Shown here piece after piece: positions 39,991-48,091 of a DNA stretch of 64,000 nt (position 1 is its first letter; each line of letters starts with the position of its first letter). A program made the translations under genes and the position numbers. A model generated the notes under the pieces. It worked only from the letters and a program-made list of their open reading frames with translations. It was not told the DNA's origin and did not search any database. The stretch is from Candidatus Spongiisociaceae bacterium (GTDB taxonomy: Bacteria > Actinomycetota > Acidimicrobiia > Spongiisociales > Spongiisociaceae), in NCBI GenBank assembly GCA_965262915.1, contig OZ253564.1, positions 2,432,001 to 2,496,000 of the forward strand. Direction: 5' to 3'.

Positions 39991-40197
39991 TTGATCCTGT
40001 CACACCCACGTTGTATAATGTTTGATAGCCGTATACACCACCGGTTCGCTTCCGACGTCAAGCGGACCGGGGCAGGGATCACAATGCTTCGCGCCGACCC
40101 TCCCCGGGGATGGGGGGAGCGCGCTCGGGGACCGATGGAGGTGGCGGCGGGGGCGGGCCCACGGGAGTGGTCCGTTCGGGCGTTTTTCGCGTTCTCG
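39991..40197 (+). ncRNA. Candidate structured ncRNA gene with own promoter and terminator (copy A)
   Basis: TTGATC-17-TATAAT including TGTCAC-N10-TATAAT; hairpin CCGGTTCGCTT/AAGCGGACCGG; GGGA-loop hairpin plus TTTTT; homologous to copies B and C. Confidence 0.65.
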
Positions 40198-40286
40198 TTG
40201 TTGGGGATCGGGTGGGTGGGTTGCTCAGCCTTGCTTCCGGGTATCTGTAGCGATTTCCTGATTCAGGACACCGGACAACTATAGCG

Positions 40287-40550
40287 TCACCGATCCGAGC
40301 GGCGCCGGTGTTGCTGGTACATGGTCTGTAGGTTGAGCCACAGCTCTGCGCTGGTGCCGAGCGCTTCGGACAAGGACGATGCCGTGTCGGCGGTGATCGG
40401 CTTCTTGGCGTCGAGGATCTCCGATACCACCAGTACGGGCTGGCCAATGATCTCGGCCAACTCGGTGACGGTCCACCCGCGCTCTTCGAGTTCATCGCGC
40501 AGGTACTCACCGGGAGGGAATGCCTCTGCAGTTGTATGGGTCACGGTCAT
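40287..40550 (-). CDS. HigA-family antitoxin (orphan)
   Basis: FPPGEYLRDEL...ELAEIIG...LWLNLQ. Confidence 0.87.
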   Translation of the reverse strand: MTVTHTTAEAFPPGEYLRDELEERGWTVTELAEIIGQPVLVVSEILDAKKPITADTASSLSEALGTSAELWLNLQTMYQQHRRRSDR

Positions 40551-40637
40551 GGTGTTTACCAGACCCCGCGTTTCCGCGCAGCCTCACTCATTTGACGCGA
40601 GGGTTCACGAACCACGGACCACCCTAGATACAGGTAG

Positions 40638-41891
40638 CTATGGGCCGAGGGCGGTGATCGGTGCCACTTGGACGTTGTCGGGGCGGCGGTAGGCGGGGCC
40701 GGTGGAGGTCACGACCATCAGGGCAGCCAGGTCTTCGACCCGGTGTCTAGCCATCTTGTCCCGTAGCCGGAGCAGGGATCTGGCCGCTTCGTCCACAGTG
40801 TCGGGCGCAGGACTCAGCTTGATCTCGACGGCCAGCCACGCGCCATCGTCCCGTTCGATGATGGCGTCAACTTCGAGGCCGGTGTCGTCGCGGTAGTGGA
40901 ACACGCTCCCCCGATCGGGCTGGCTGTGGATGCGGAGGTCGCGTACGACCAGTGACTCGAACAGGCACGCGAAGGTCTTGGGATCGGCCAGCAGTCGCTC
41001 GGGCGAAGCACGCAGCATCGAGGCGGCAAGTGATGGATCGACGAAGTGGCGCTTGGGAGCCTTGTGCAGGGTAGCCCTGGACCGGAGGCTGGCCGACCAC
41101 GCGGGTTGGTTCTCCACGACGAAGATGCGCTCGAGTGCATCCAAGTAGGCGCCGACAGTGGAACGGCTGAGCCGGGTGTTTCCGCCCGCGTCGGCTACGA
41201 GTGTCGTTGTCTTCGCCTCGGTGGCTACATGGCGGGCCATCGATCGCGTCAGGCGTCTCACCGCGAGCGGATCGTGCCTGACGCCGCTTGCAGAGGGCAC
41301 GTCCACCCGGATGATCTCGTTCACGTAGTCACCGACCGCTAGGCGGGCGTCGAGTTCGTCCAGCTTCAGGCTCCCGGGCCATCCCCCCACACATAGGAAC
41401 GACGCCACATCCCTCAGGCCGATCTCGGGCGGCGGGGCCGACACGGGGCGACCCCCGAACAGGCTCTGCAACGAGACCGCACCCGTAGAGGCACCCATCT
41501 CGTACAGTGACATCGGCCGCATCAATACGCGGCCAATCCGACCCACGCCGGTGTGACGAGTCGTGTCATCCTGCGGAGTTGCTGAGCCCGTGAGGATGAA
41601 GTGCCCGAACCCGACACGATCATCGCACTCCCGGCGCACTCGGTTCCATAGCTGGGGAGCGTTCTGCCACTCGTCGAGCAACCGCGGCGTGTCACCCCGC
41701 AGCACGGCGGCCGGGTCTGCCGCAGCCAGCAGCAGCGTTGCTTCATCATCGAGGCGAGCCTCACTCCGGGCCACGTTGCGCGCTGCCCACGTCTTGCCAC
41801 CTGCCCGGCAACCCTCGATCAAGACCGCTCCACGTCGCCGGAGGGCGCCATCGATCTCACGGTCGGCGACACGCGGGAGATATCCGGGCAT
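40638..41891 (-). CDS. AAA_14 + DUF4143 ATP-binding protein
   Basis: EGCRAGGKT, LLDEWQ, LTGSA, KRHFVD, FESLV, EVDAII...EIK. Confidence 0.9.
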   Translation of the reverse strand: MPGYLPRVADREIDGALRRRGAVLIEGCRAGGKTWAARNVARSEARLDDEATLLLAAADPAAVLRGDTPRLLDEWQNAPQLWNRVRRECDDRVGFGHFILTGSATPQDDTTRHTGVGRIGRVLMRPMSLYEMGASTGAVSLQSLFGGRPVSAPPPEIGLRDVASFLCVGGWPGSLKLDELDARLAVGDYVNEIIRVDVPSASGVRHDPLAVRRLTRSMARHVATEAKTTTLVADAGGNTRLSRSTVGAYLDALERIFVVENQPAWSASLRSRATLHKAPKRHFVDPSLAASMLRASPERLLADPKTFACLFESLVVRDLRIHSQPDRGSVFHYRDDTGLEVDAIIERDDGAWLAVEIKLSPAPDTVDEAARSLLRLRDKMARHRVEDLAALMVVTSTGPAYRRPDNVQVAPITALGP

Positions 41892-42125
41892 CCTGAGCGT
41901 GCGAAGTGCGCTGCCGGCGGGTCTCATGGGACTCGGAACTCCTCCCATCTGGACACTACGTTGGGGAATGCCCCCCATGTCTGGGCGCCCGCCATGACCG
42001 TAGTACATTGCGGGAATTATCCGTAATACATATTGGGAATCCCCTACAACGCGTTACAGGAATGCACTGACGTTCCGGGAATTGGCCGGCGATGTGTTAC
42101 ATGGACTTACACATGCCGGAGAGCT

Positions 42126-42461
42126 TCAGGAGGCCTTCCTCCCCACACGGATCGGGATGCGGTACTCCTCCCCCTCGTTCTCGAACACGGCCAGTATCTG
42201 AAGCCGCGCACCGAGAGGTTCTAGGTATTTGCGGAGTCGTGATACGGTCAGGTCCTGCGCGTTCTCCAACTGCGACACGGCGGCCTGGCTGATTCCGAGT
42301 TCGGCCGCTAGTCCCGACTGGGACCAGTCGAGATGCCTGCGCATCTCGTAGAGCCCTATCTCAGCCAGGGTCTGTTGACCCAGCGCGGCGAGGCGTTCCA
42401 CAGCTCCGGGCCGCGCTATGACTTGTCTGCGCAGTTCCTTGTAGTTCCTGGTGCTCGGCAT
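42126..42461 (-). CDS. XRE-family HTH antitoxin
   Basis: LYEMRR...SQSGLAAELGISQAAVSQLE...YLEPLGARL. Confidence 0.88.
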   Translation of the reverse strand: MPSTRNYKELRRQVIARPGAVERLAALGQQTLAEIGLYEMRRHLDWSQSGLAAELGISQAAVSQLENAQDLTVSRLRKYLEPLGARLQILAVFENEGEEYRIPIRVGRKAS

Positions 42462-42464
42462 GTT

Positions 42465-42731
42465 CTATTCATTCCCACTCTGTCTAAGGAGGATGACCTG
42501 CCGTCCTGGGTCAAACGCGAACAGCATCCGCAACGAACCGCCCCCTGCCGATGCACGTAGTTCCCTCATGTTCTGATGACGGGATCCCCTGATAGCGCCA
42601 ACGACGGGACGTCTCAACGCGGGTCCTTGTTCCGCCAGCACCTGGACCCGATCGTCAAGGGCTTCCTGCTGGCCCACGGTGAGCGTGTGTCACCACTCCC
42701 CGAACTCGTTCGTGTACTCAACCTCCCACAA
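42465..42731 (-). pseudogene. RelE/HigB (Gp49-like) toxin with internal stop
   Basis: WEVEYTNEFGEW*HTL...GPALRRP...SRHQNMRELR...FAFDP; TGA at 42690; degraded C-terminus. Confidence 0.85.
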
Positions 42732-42890
42732 AGGGCCGGCCCAGTATAATGGATAGCTTATATCGAATCTTAGGCGAGCTCTGCTCGCAGCGGGCCTGGA
42801 GCCGTCTACCCAGCCACTACTCGACTCCACCGGGAACCACAGCCCGCAAGACTTGTCGAGGAAACGAACCCGTTCGGCAGGGCAGCGGAA

Positions 42891-43615
42891 GTGACCTTCG
42901 ACCAACTCGCATACGAGGCGGGGATTTCCTACTTCGATGGTGCGGCTCTACCAGAACAGAGGACTGCTCCCTCCCCCGCGGCGTGAGGGCCGGATGGGTT
43001 ACTACAACACCGGGCACCGTGACCGTCTGCGGCTGATCGCCCACCTTCAGGAACGGGGATTCTCCCTGGCCGCCATCAAAGAGACCCTGGACCACTGGAC
43101 CGAGGGCCGCTCCCTCGCCCATCTGCTGGGTGTCAGCCAGGTCGCTCCCATCCTCGAGCGCAAGCCCGTGCGTCTGTCACTCGAAGAGTTCGCCGCACGT
43201 TTCGTCGTGGTCGATCACCCAGGAAGACATTCAGCGGGCCGTTCAGATCGGCTTGGTCCAACTCGAAGGTGCGGAGCGGTCGGTATCCAACGAAGCCTTT
43301 ATCGATCTCGGCGCCGCCGTAGCGCGCAGGGGGATCCATGCCTCGGAGATCCTCGACGAACGCGAGGCCCTCAAGATCTCCGTCAACGGTATCGCCGACC
43401 GATTCCGCGAGGTCTTCCAACGCCACTTCTGGGACCCGTTTGTCAGCAAGGGTATGCCCGCCGAAGAGATGCCCTCCCTGACAATGGCCCTCAGCCAACT
43501 CACCGAACTGGCCACCAGCGTCGTGACCGCCGAACTGCACGTACGTTTCGCAGCCTTCGCCGAGCAGTACCTCGCCCGGGCCGCAGAATCGGTCGCCAAG
43601 GGATGCGACAACTGA
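42891..43615 (+). pseudogene. Third MerR copy with two frameshifts
   Basis: Collinear with 36345-37124; shifts near 42925 and 43210. Confidence 0.88.
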
Positions 43616-43709
43616 CAGCCCCGACTTGCCTGAGACCCCCAGGAACCGCGACTCCCTCACCAACCGCGACGCCACCATCGGGGAGGGCACCTACGGATTG
43701 CCACCGTGG

Positions 43710-43889
43710 GGGCCTTGCCGAATGAAGATCCGACAGGTCGCCTCGCAGCGGTTTGCCAACCCGGGGTGGGTTGTCGAGAAGAGGCCCGAGCATGTAGTCC
43801 ACGACTGCAACGGCGACCTTCGCGGGGAGGCGATCGATGGCTCGCCGTGCGGGTCGGGCAACTACCAGACCCGAAGACGCATCGGTCAC
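43710..43889 (-). pseudogene. 3'-truncated RelE-family toxin
   Basis: ARRAIDRLP...PLLDNPPRVGKPLRGDLSDLHSAR, then the expected YRxxY half is missing. Confidence 0.8.
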
Positions 43890-44173
43890 GCCCTGCTGCG
43901 GCGAAGTTGGTCGCGGAGCGCTTCTATCTCTTCCCGGGTGGCAACATCACCATCGGCGATGGCAGCACGGCCCATTTCAATAGCTTGTACGGCAGCGGGA
44001 TCGGACAGGATGGCGACGGTCTCTTCGATGGCTTCGAGATCGGCTGTGCTGAGCATCACAGCTACCGGACGACCGTTCCGCGTAACTGTGACTCTCTCAT
44101 GCGTCGTGACGACTTGATCGACGACCTCCGACAGCTTGGCCTTGACTTCTGATAGGGAAAGCACCCTTGACAT
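43886..44173 (-). CDS. Phd/YefM antitoxin
   Basis: LSEVKAKLSEVVD...TRNGRPVAV; TATAAT-N7-ATG leaderless start. Confidence 0.92.
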   Translation of the reverse strand: MSRVLSLSEVKAKLSEVVDQVVTTHERVTVTRNGRPVAVMLSTADLEAIEETVAILSDPAAVQAIEMGRAAIADGDVATREEIEALRDQLRRSRA

Positions 44174-44211
44174 GACCAGAATTATAGTCTGAGTGCTGTA
44201 CCGAAGGGGGG

Positions 44212-44414
44212 TTGATCCTGTCACACCGATGTCGCACAATGGTAAATAGCCGTAAACACCACCGGTCCGTTGCTGGTACCGATCGGACCGGGGCAGGGAT
44301 CAATCTGTCCGAGCACACCCTCACAGGGGAGGAGAGTTCGCGCTCGGAGCCTCGGAGGTGGCGGTTGGGGAAGGCCCGCGGCAGGGCTACGGCGGGGCGT
44401 TTTTCGCGTTCTCG
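44212..44414 (+). ncRNA. Candidate structured ncRNA gene (copy B)
   Basis: TTGATC-17-CACAAT, TGTCAC-N10; CCGGTCCG/CGGACCGG and TCCGAGC/GCTCGGA stems; ends CGTTTTTCGCGTTCTCG. Confidence 0.65.
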
Positions 44415-44590
44415 TCGCCCAGCCCGCCATGAGGTAACGGCATTTACCTTCAGGAACCGGCTTGAACAGCAATGCGAGTTTTGGTTGAAGGGCCCTAACG
44501 CCCTGGCCTTGTGAACGCATTCGGTTAGGCGAGAGTCGCGATGTGTGGGTTCGATCAGGACGGCGACCGACCGGATCCCGCCCTCTGATC

Positions 44591-44911
44591 CTATTCCTTC
44601 CGGTCTCGCCCGTCTCTCTTCAACACGACCGTGTAGTCCGAATCGATCTTCTTCTGGAAGCTCTGGGACGTGGTGTGCCAGTCGAGTACGTCGACCGTGA
44701 TGGGGAGATCGGACTCCTCGAAGGCATCCTGGAGCCTGCCGAGAACTCGCCAATCCAGGGGTTCGTCACCAACGATGGCAAGGTCGAGATCGGAATACTC
44801 ACGGGCGGTCCACTTCGCTCTCGAGCCGAAGACGCGCACCTCGCAGTCCGGTACGTGCTCAGCCAGTATCTGCTGCACTTCTTCGAGGTGATGCGGCTTC
44901 AGGTCAATCAT
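44591..44911 (-). CDS. Minimal nucleotidyltransferase (MNT)
   Basis: VFGSRAK...YSDLDLAI...VDVLD. Confidence 0.92.
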   Translation of the reverse strand: MIDLKPHHLEEVQQILAEHVPDCEVRVFGSRAKWTAREYSDLDLAIVGDEPLDWRVLGRLQDAFEESDLPITVDVLDWHTTSQSFQKKIDSDYTVVLKRDGRDRKE

Positions 44912-45326
44912 TGGAGTCTTCGAGAGTTGCCAGTAGCCGCCGGGACGCTTGGAGGAAGGCCGGTACCTCACCGTAGACTCTATCGGCTATCTCCTTCTTG
45001 TACGTGTGAGATGTGAGGTTCCTCGCGTACGTGTACTCCATCCATCCCTCCGGATCGTGGATCAGCCCCTCCCGTGCAGCGATCCGGAAGACGTGGCGTC
45101 GGGTCGTGCCCACGGTTATGGATGGATCACGATTCTCCTGAAGCCACCGCTTGATGGAGTTCCAACTCAGTTCGTAGGTGAACTCGAAGTACTGGATTAC
45201 CCCGGCTCGAAGGCCGTTCCGTTCGACCTCGGTGAATTGCTCCATGCGCCGGCGGTCTTCACCTACCGTCAAGAGATCACCGAGCGCCCCGATAGCCTTC
45301 CTAAGGCTTTCCAGTTCCAATGACAT
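44904..45326 (-). CDS. HEPN-domain nucleotidyltransferase substrate-binding protein (HI0074-like)
   Basis: IQYFEFTYELSW; RX4H motif RNLTSH. Confidence 0.92.
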   Translation of the reverse strand: MSLELESLRKAIGALGDLLTVGEDRRRMEQFTEVERNGLRAGVIQYFEFTYELSWNSIKRWLQENRDPSITVGTTRRHVFRIAAREGLIHDPEGWMEYTYARNLTSHTYKKEIADRVYGEVPAFLQASRRLLATLEDSND

Positions 45327-45624
45327 GGTTCTCCAACCTTACCGTTGCGCTAGTCACGGCCGACCTTCCCGATCATGGCAAGACGACGGCGGTATGGACG
45401 GACGCAGGAGACACATGGTCGGTAGACGTTCCTATGGCGTCGTGGGTTCATTTCGCGGTTCAGGGCGAATCTCCACGAGGGAGCAGGTCGCAATCGGGTC
45501 AAGCGTGAGCAGGGTGCTTGGTCGATCGGTTCCTCCATGTGGACGCCTACCTGGATCGCGCCATTCGGTGGGATGGCCGGGCTGCTGCCGAGCATCCGGA
45601 TTGTATGTTGGGCGGTGTTAGCGT

Positions 45625-45915
45625 ATGAAGGTGAACATGACTCCATCGCATCCGGGCGACTTCGTCCGCACGGAGATCATCGAGGAACTGGGCCTGGACC
45701 TGGTGCAGGCGGCCGAGATTCTGGGAGTACGCCGGACAGCACTTTCCGAGCTTCTGAACGCCGACGCCGCCCTCTCACCGGAGATGGCCCTCCGCATCGA
45801 GAAAGCCTTCGACATCAGCATGGACATGCTGTTGCGGATGCAAGCCTGGTACGACACGGCGCGAATGCGGGCCCGGGCAGACGAAGTCGACGTCGATCGC
45901 TACCAACCCGTCTGA
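45625..45915 (+). CDS. HigA-family antitoxin (orphan)
   Basis: HPGDFVRTE...LSPEMALRIEKAF...MQAWYD. Confidence 0.9.
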   Translation: MKVNMTPSHPGDFVRTEIIEELGLDLVQAAEILGVRRTALSELLNADAALSPEMALRIEKAFDISMDMLLRMQAWYDTARMRARADEVDVDRYQPV

Positions 45916-46052
45916 GGTCTGCTTCATCTACCTTGTCGGGGGGCGCGTAGCAGACCGCGGCCACCGACCTCGTCCCTACGTGTCGAGCCGCATCGAGTAT
46001 GGCGATGGTTGAGCCCGAATCGACCGATGGGTCCAGGCAGTGGACCTTGGAA

Positions 46053-47792
46053 CTAACCAGCTCGAGGGCGGTATTCCAGGAGTGCAGACCGACCGGCGAT
46101 GTCCACGACACGAACCATCATCTCGCGTCCGGTGGCGTCGGTGAGGCGCAGTTCCTCTCCGAGAACGAAATGAACCGGCTGCGGGCGTCCCTGGTTGATG
46201 GCGATGTTGGAGGCGTACAGGTACGTTCTGTCGAGGTTGTCCCGGATGGGATTGAGCCGCCCTGTCACACCTGGGATATATCCGGTTGCCTCCGGGAAGA
46301 TGACCGCGCCCCCTGCGGACAGGTCATGGAGCTCCACTGTTAAGGCGCGCCGACTCGGAAGCCACTCCCGTTCCACATGTGCGAGGTGTCCGGTTGCCGC
46401 TACGAACACGCGCATCGCCAGTTGTGTCGTGTATAGATCGACGACGGTTTCTCCGTACTCGTCGGTCACTGCCCGCTTCCAGGTGTTGTTCGGAAACAGG
46501 GCCAGGACGTCCGCGCCGGTGAGGGGACTGCCTCCGGAGCGGACCGAGACAACCGCACGGGCGGGAGCTATGTCGAGGGACGCCGCCGGGATTGCCAGCA
46601 CCAGGTTGGACTCGTCGATCAACCGGTACACCGGATCCCGTCCTGCGGTCTCCCTCGTCCCCCGGAGAATGGCTGCTACCCCGTCACCGCGACGTTCCAT
46701 CAGGAACTGGCGGTTCTCCGATCCGGGAATGTCACCTACCGACAGGCGTCCGAACACCGACACGATGACGTCGTTCCTCGTGGACTGGTTGACCTCCATG
46801 TTCTCGATGGTCATACCGTTGGGGAGGGCGCCGGGCGAGTCGATCTCCAACCGATCCTCGAACATCGATAACCTGATCCGTTGGCCTCGAACCGAGTAGT
46901 CCCGGTGTGCAACCGCGTTGACCACAGCTTCGAACACCGCCTCGATGCTGTATTGGGGCATTTCGACCCGACCGGGCACCTTGCGGGCTGCGACACGCAT
47001 GTTGCGCACCACGAACCGTACCGCTCCGGCTATCTGGTGATGCAGCGGACCGGTGATCTCCTGCGCGTCGAACTGTCCCGAGGCGCGGTCGCGACCCCGA
47101 TAACGCGTCGCCATGATGGCCGCATGCGGGAACCAATCTTGCGGCTCATCGGCACAGAGCAGGATCCCACCCACTGTGGCCCGCACTACATCACCGTCGT
47201 CTCTGACCAGAAGGCGAAGATTCTTAAGGGCGGTGGCAGGGTTCGCAGCGCGGGCTGTACTGATAAGCGGCTTCCACAACCTCTCGTTCATGGTTGCAAT
47301 ACCCGTGCCGGCCACGGGTTGTCTATCGAACCATACGAACCGAGCTTGTCCTCGTTGCTGCGCGAGACGGAGGCGCTCGTCGCTGGTCATCCTGCGCTTC
47401 GAACTGCCGGCCCGGCGGTAGCACCCACCCGGACTGTCGTGCTGCGCGTAGCCCGGCGGCACTTCGACGACGACCAAGGGCATGCCTTCAATCTCCATAC
47501 GCGAGATGTGGGCGTCGATAGGAGGTTTGACCGAGGAAGCGCACGCCTCGACCAGGACGCGATCCAGAGCGTCCATCTGTGCTCTGGACATTCCCTGTAC
47601 CCGGCCATCGTCGGTGACGCCGCAGAGAAGGAATCCGCCGCGTCCGTTCGCGAACGCGGCCAACTCGTCCGCAAGATCCTGTTGACGCGGCGCCTTGAGC
47701 ACCGAGTCGACGAACTCCACCTGCTTGAACTCCCAAAGGCTGTCTTCACCAAGGCGCAGACGGCGCTCGACTCTTTCGCTAATCGAGTTCAT
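46053..47792 (-). CDS. AlbA_2/Schlafen + RecG-C/HATPase_c_4 protein with extra C-terminal beta domains
   Basis: GEDSLWEFK, AAFANGRGG..GVTDDG, EAVVNAVAHRDY, DSPGAL, MERRGDG. Confidence 0.85.
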   Translation of the reverse strand: MNSISERVERRLRLGEDSLWEFKQVEFVDSVLKAPRQQDLADELAAFANGRGGFLLCGVTDDGRVQGMSRAQMDALDRVLVEACASSVKPPIDAHISRMEIEGMPLVVVEVPPGYAQHDSPGGCYRRAGSSKRRMTSDERLRLAQQRGQARFVWFDRQPVAGTGIATMNERLWKPLISTARAANPATALKNLRLLVRDDGDVVRATVGGILLCADEPQDWFPHAAIMATRYRGRDRASGQFDAQEITGPLHHQIAGAVRFVVRNMRVAARKVPGRVEMPQYSIEAVFEAVVNAVAHRDYSVRGQRIRLSMFEDRLEIDSPGALPNGMTIENMEVNQSTRNDVIVSVFGRLSVGDIPGSENRQFLMERRGDGVAAILRGTRETAGRDPVYRLIDESNLVLAIPAASLDIAPARAVVSVRSGGSPLTGADVLALFPNNTWKRAVTDEYGETVVDLYTTQLAMRVFVAATGHLAHVEREWLPSRRALTVELHDLSAGGAVIFPEATGYIPGVTGRLNPIRDNLDRTYLYASNIAINQGRPQPVHFVLGEELRLTDATGREMMVRVVDIAGRSALLEYRPRAG

Positions 47793-48091
47793 CACTGATC
47801 CCAGAAACCCAGGCTCTTGAGATTGGCTTCGATGGCGGCGTGCAGTCCACGGAACCCGGGCCTGTCGCTCACGCCACCGCGTCGGGAGGCAGAATATCCT
47901 CAACTCTCGGTAGACGCGGTAGCACGTTACCATCCTCTCACCCTTCCGACTTGATCCCCCCACGACAAGAGTTCCGAACCACCTCGCCGCATGTGTTTCC
48001 TGAGGATAGGCCCTGCGCACGGAGACCCATGGCCGGTTGACGCAGGTCGCCATCCACACCGTCCGCTAGCGTACGGACCTCCGGGATTCCG

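Noticed and set aside
39990-40004. CRP/GlxR site (TTGA..TCACA) in the ncRNA promoters
   Set aside because: Half-site spacing is 4-5 nt and variable, not the required 6.
39991-40284. Similar-looking small ORFs over the ncRNA copies (39991-40284, 44212-44514, 57644-57991)
   Set aside because: They start in or upstream of the promoter, frames diverge between copies, and no RBS is present.
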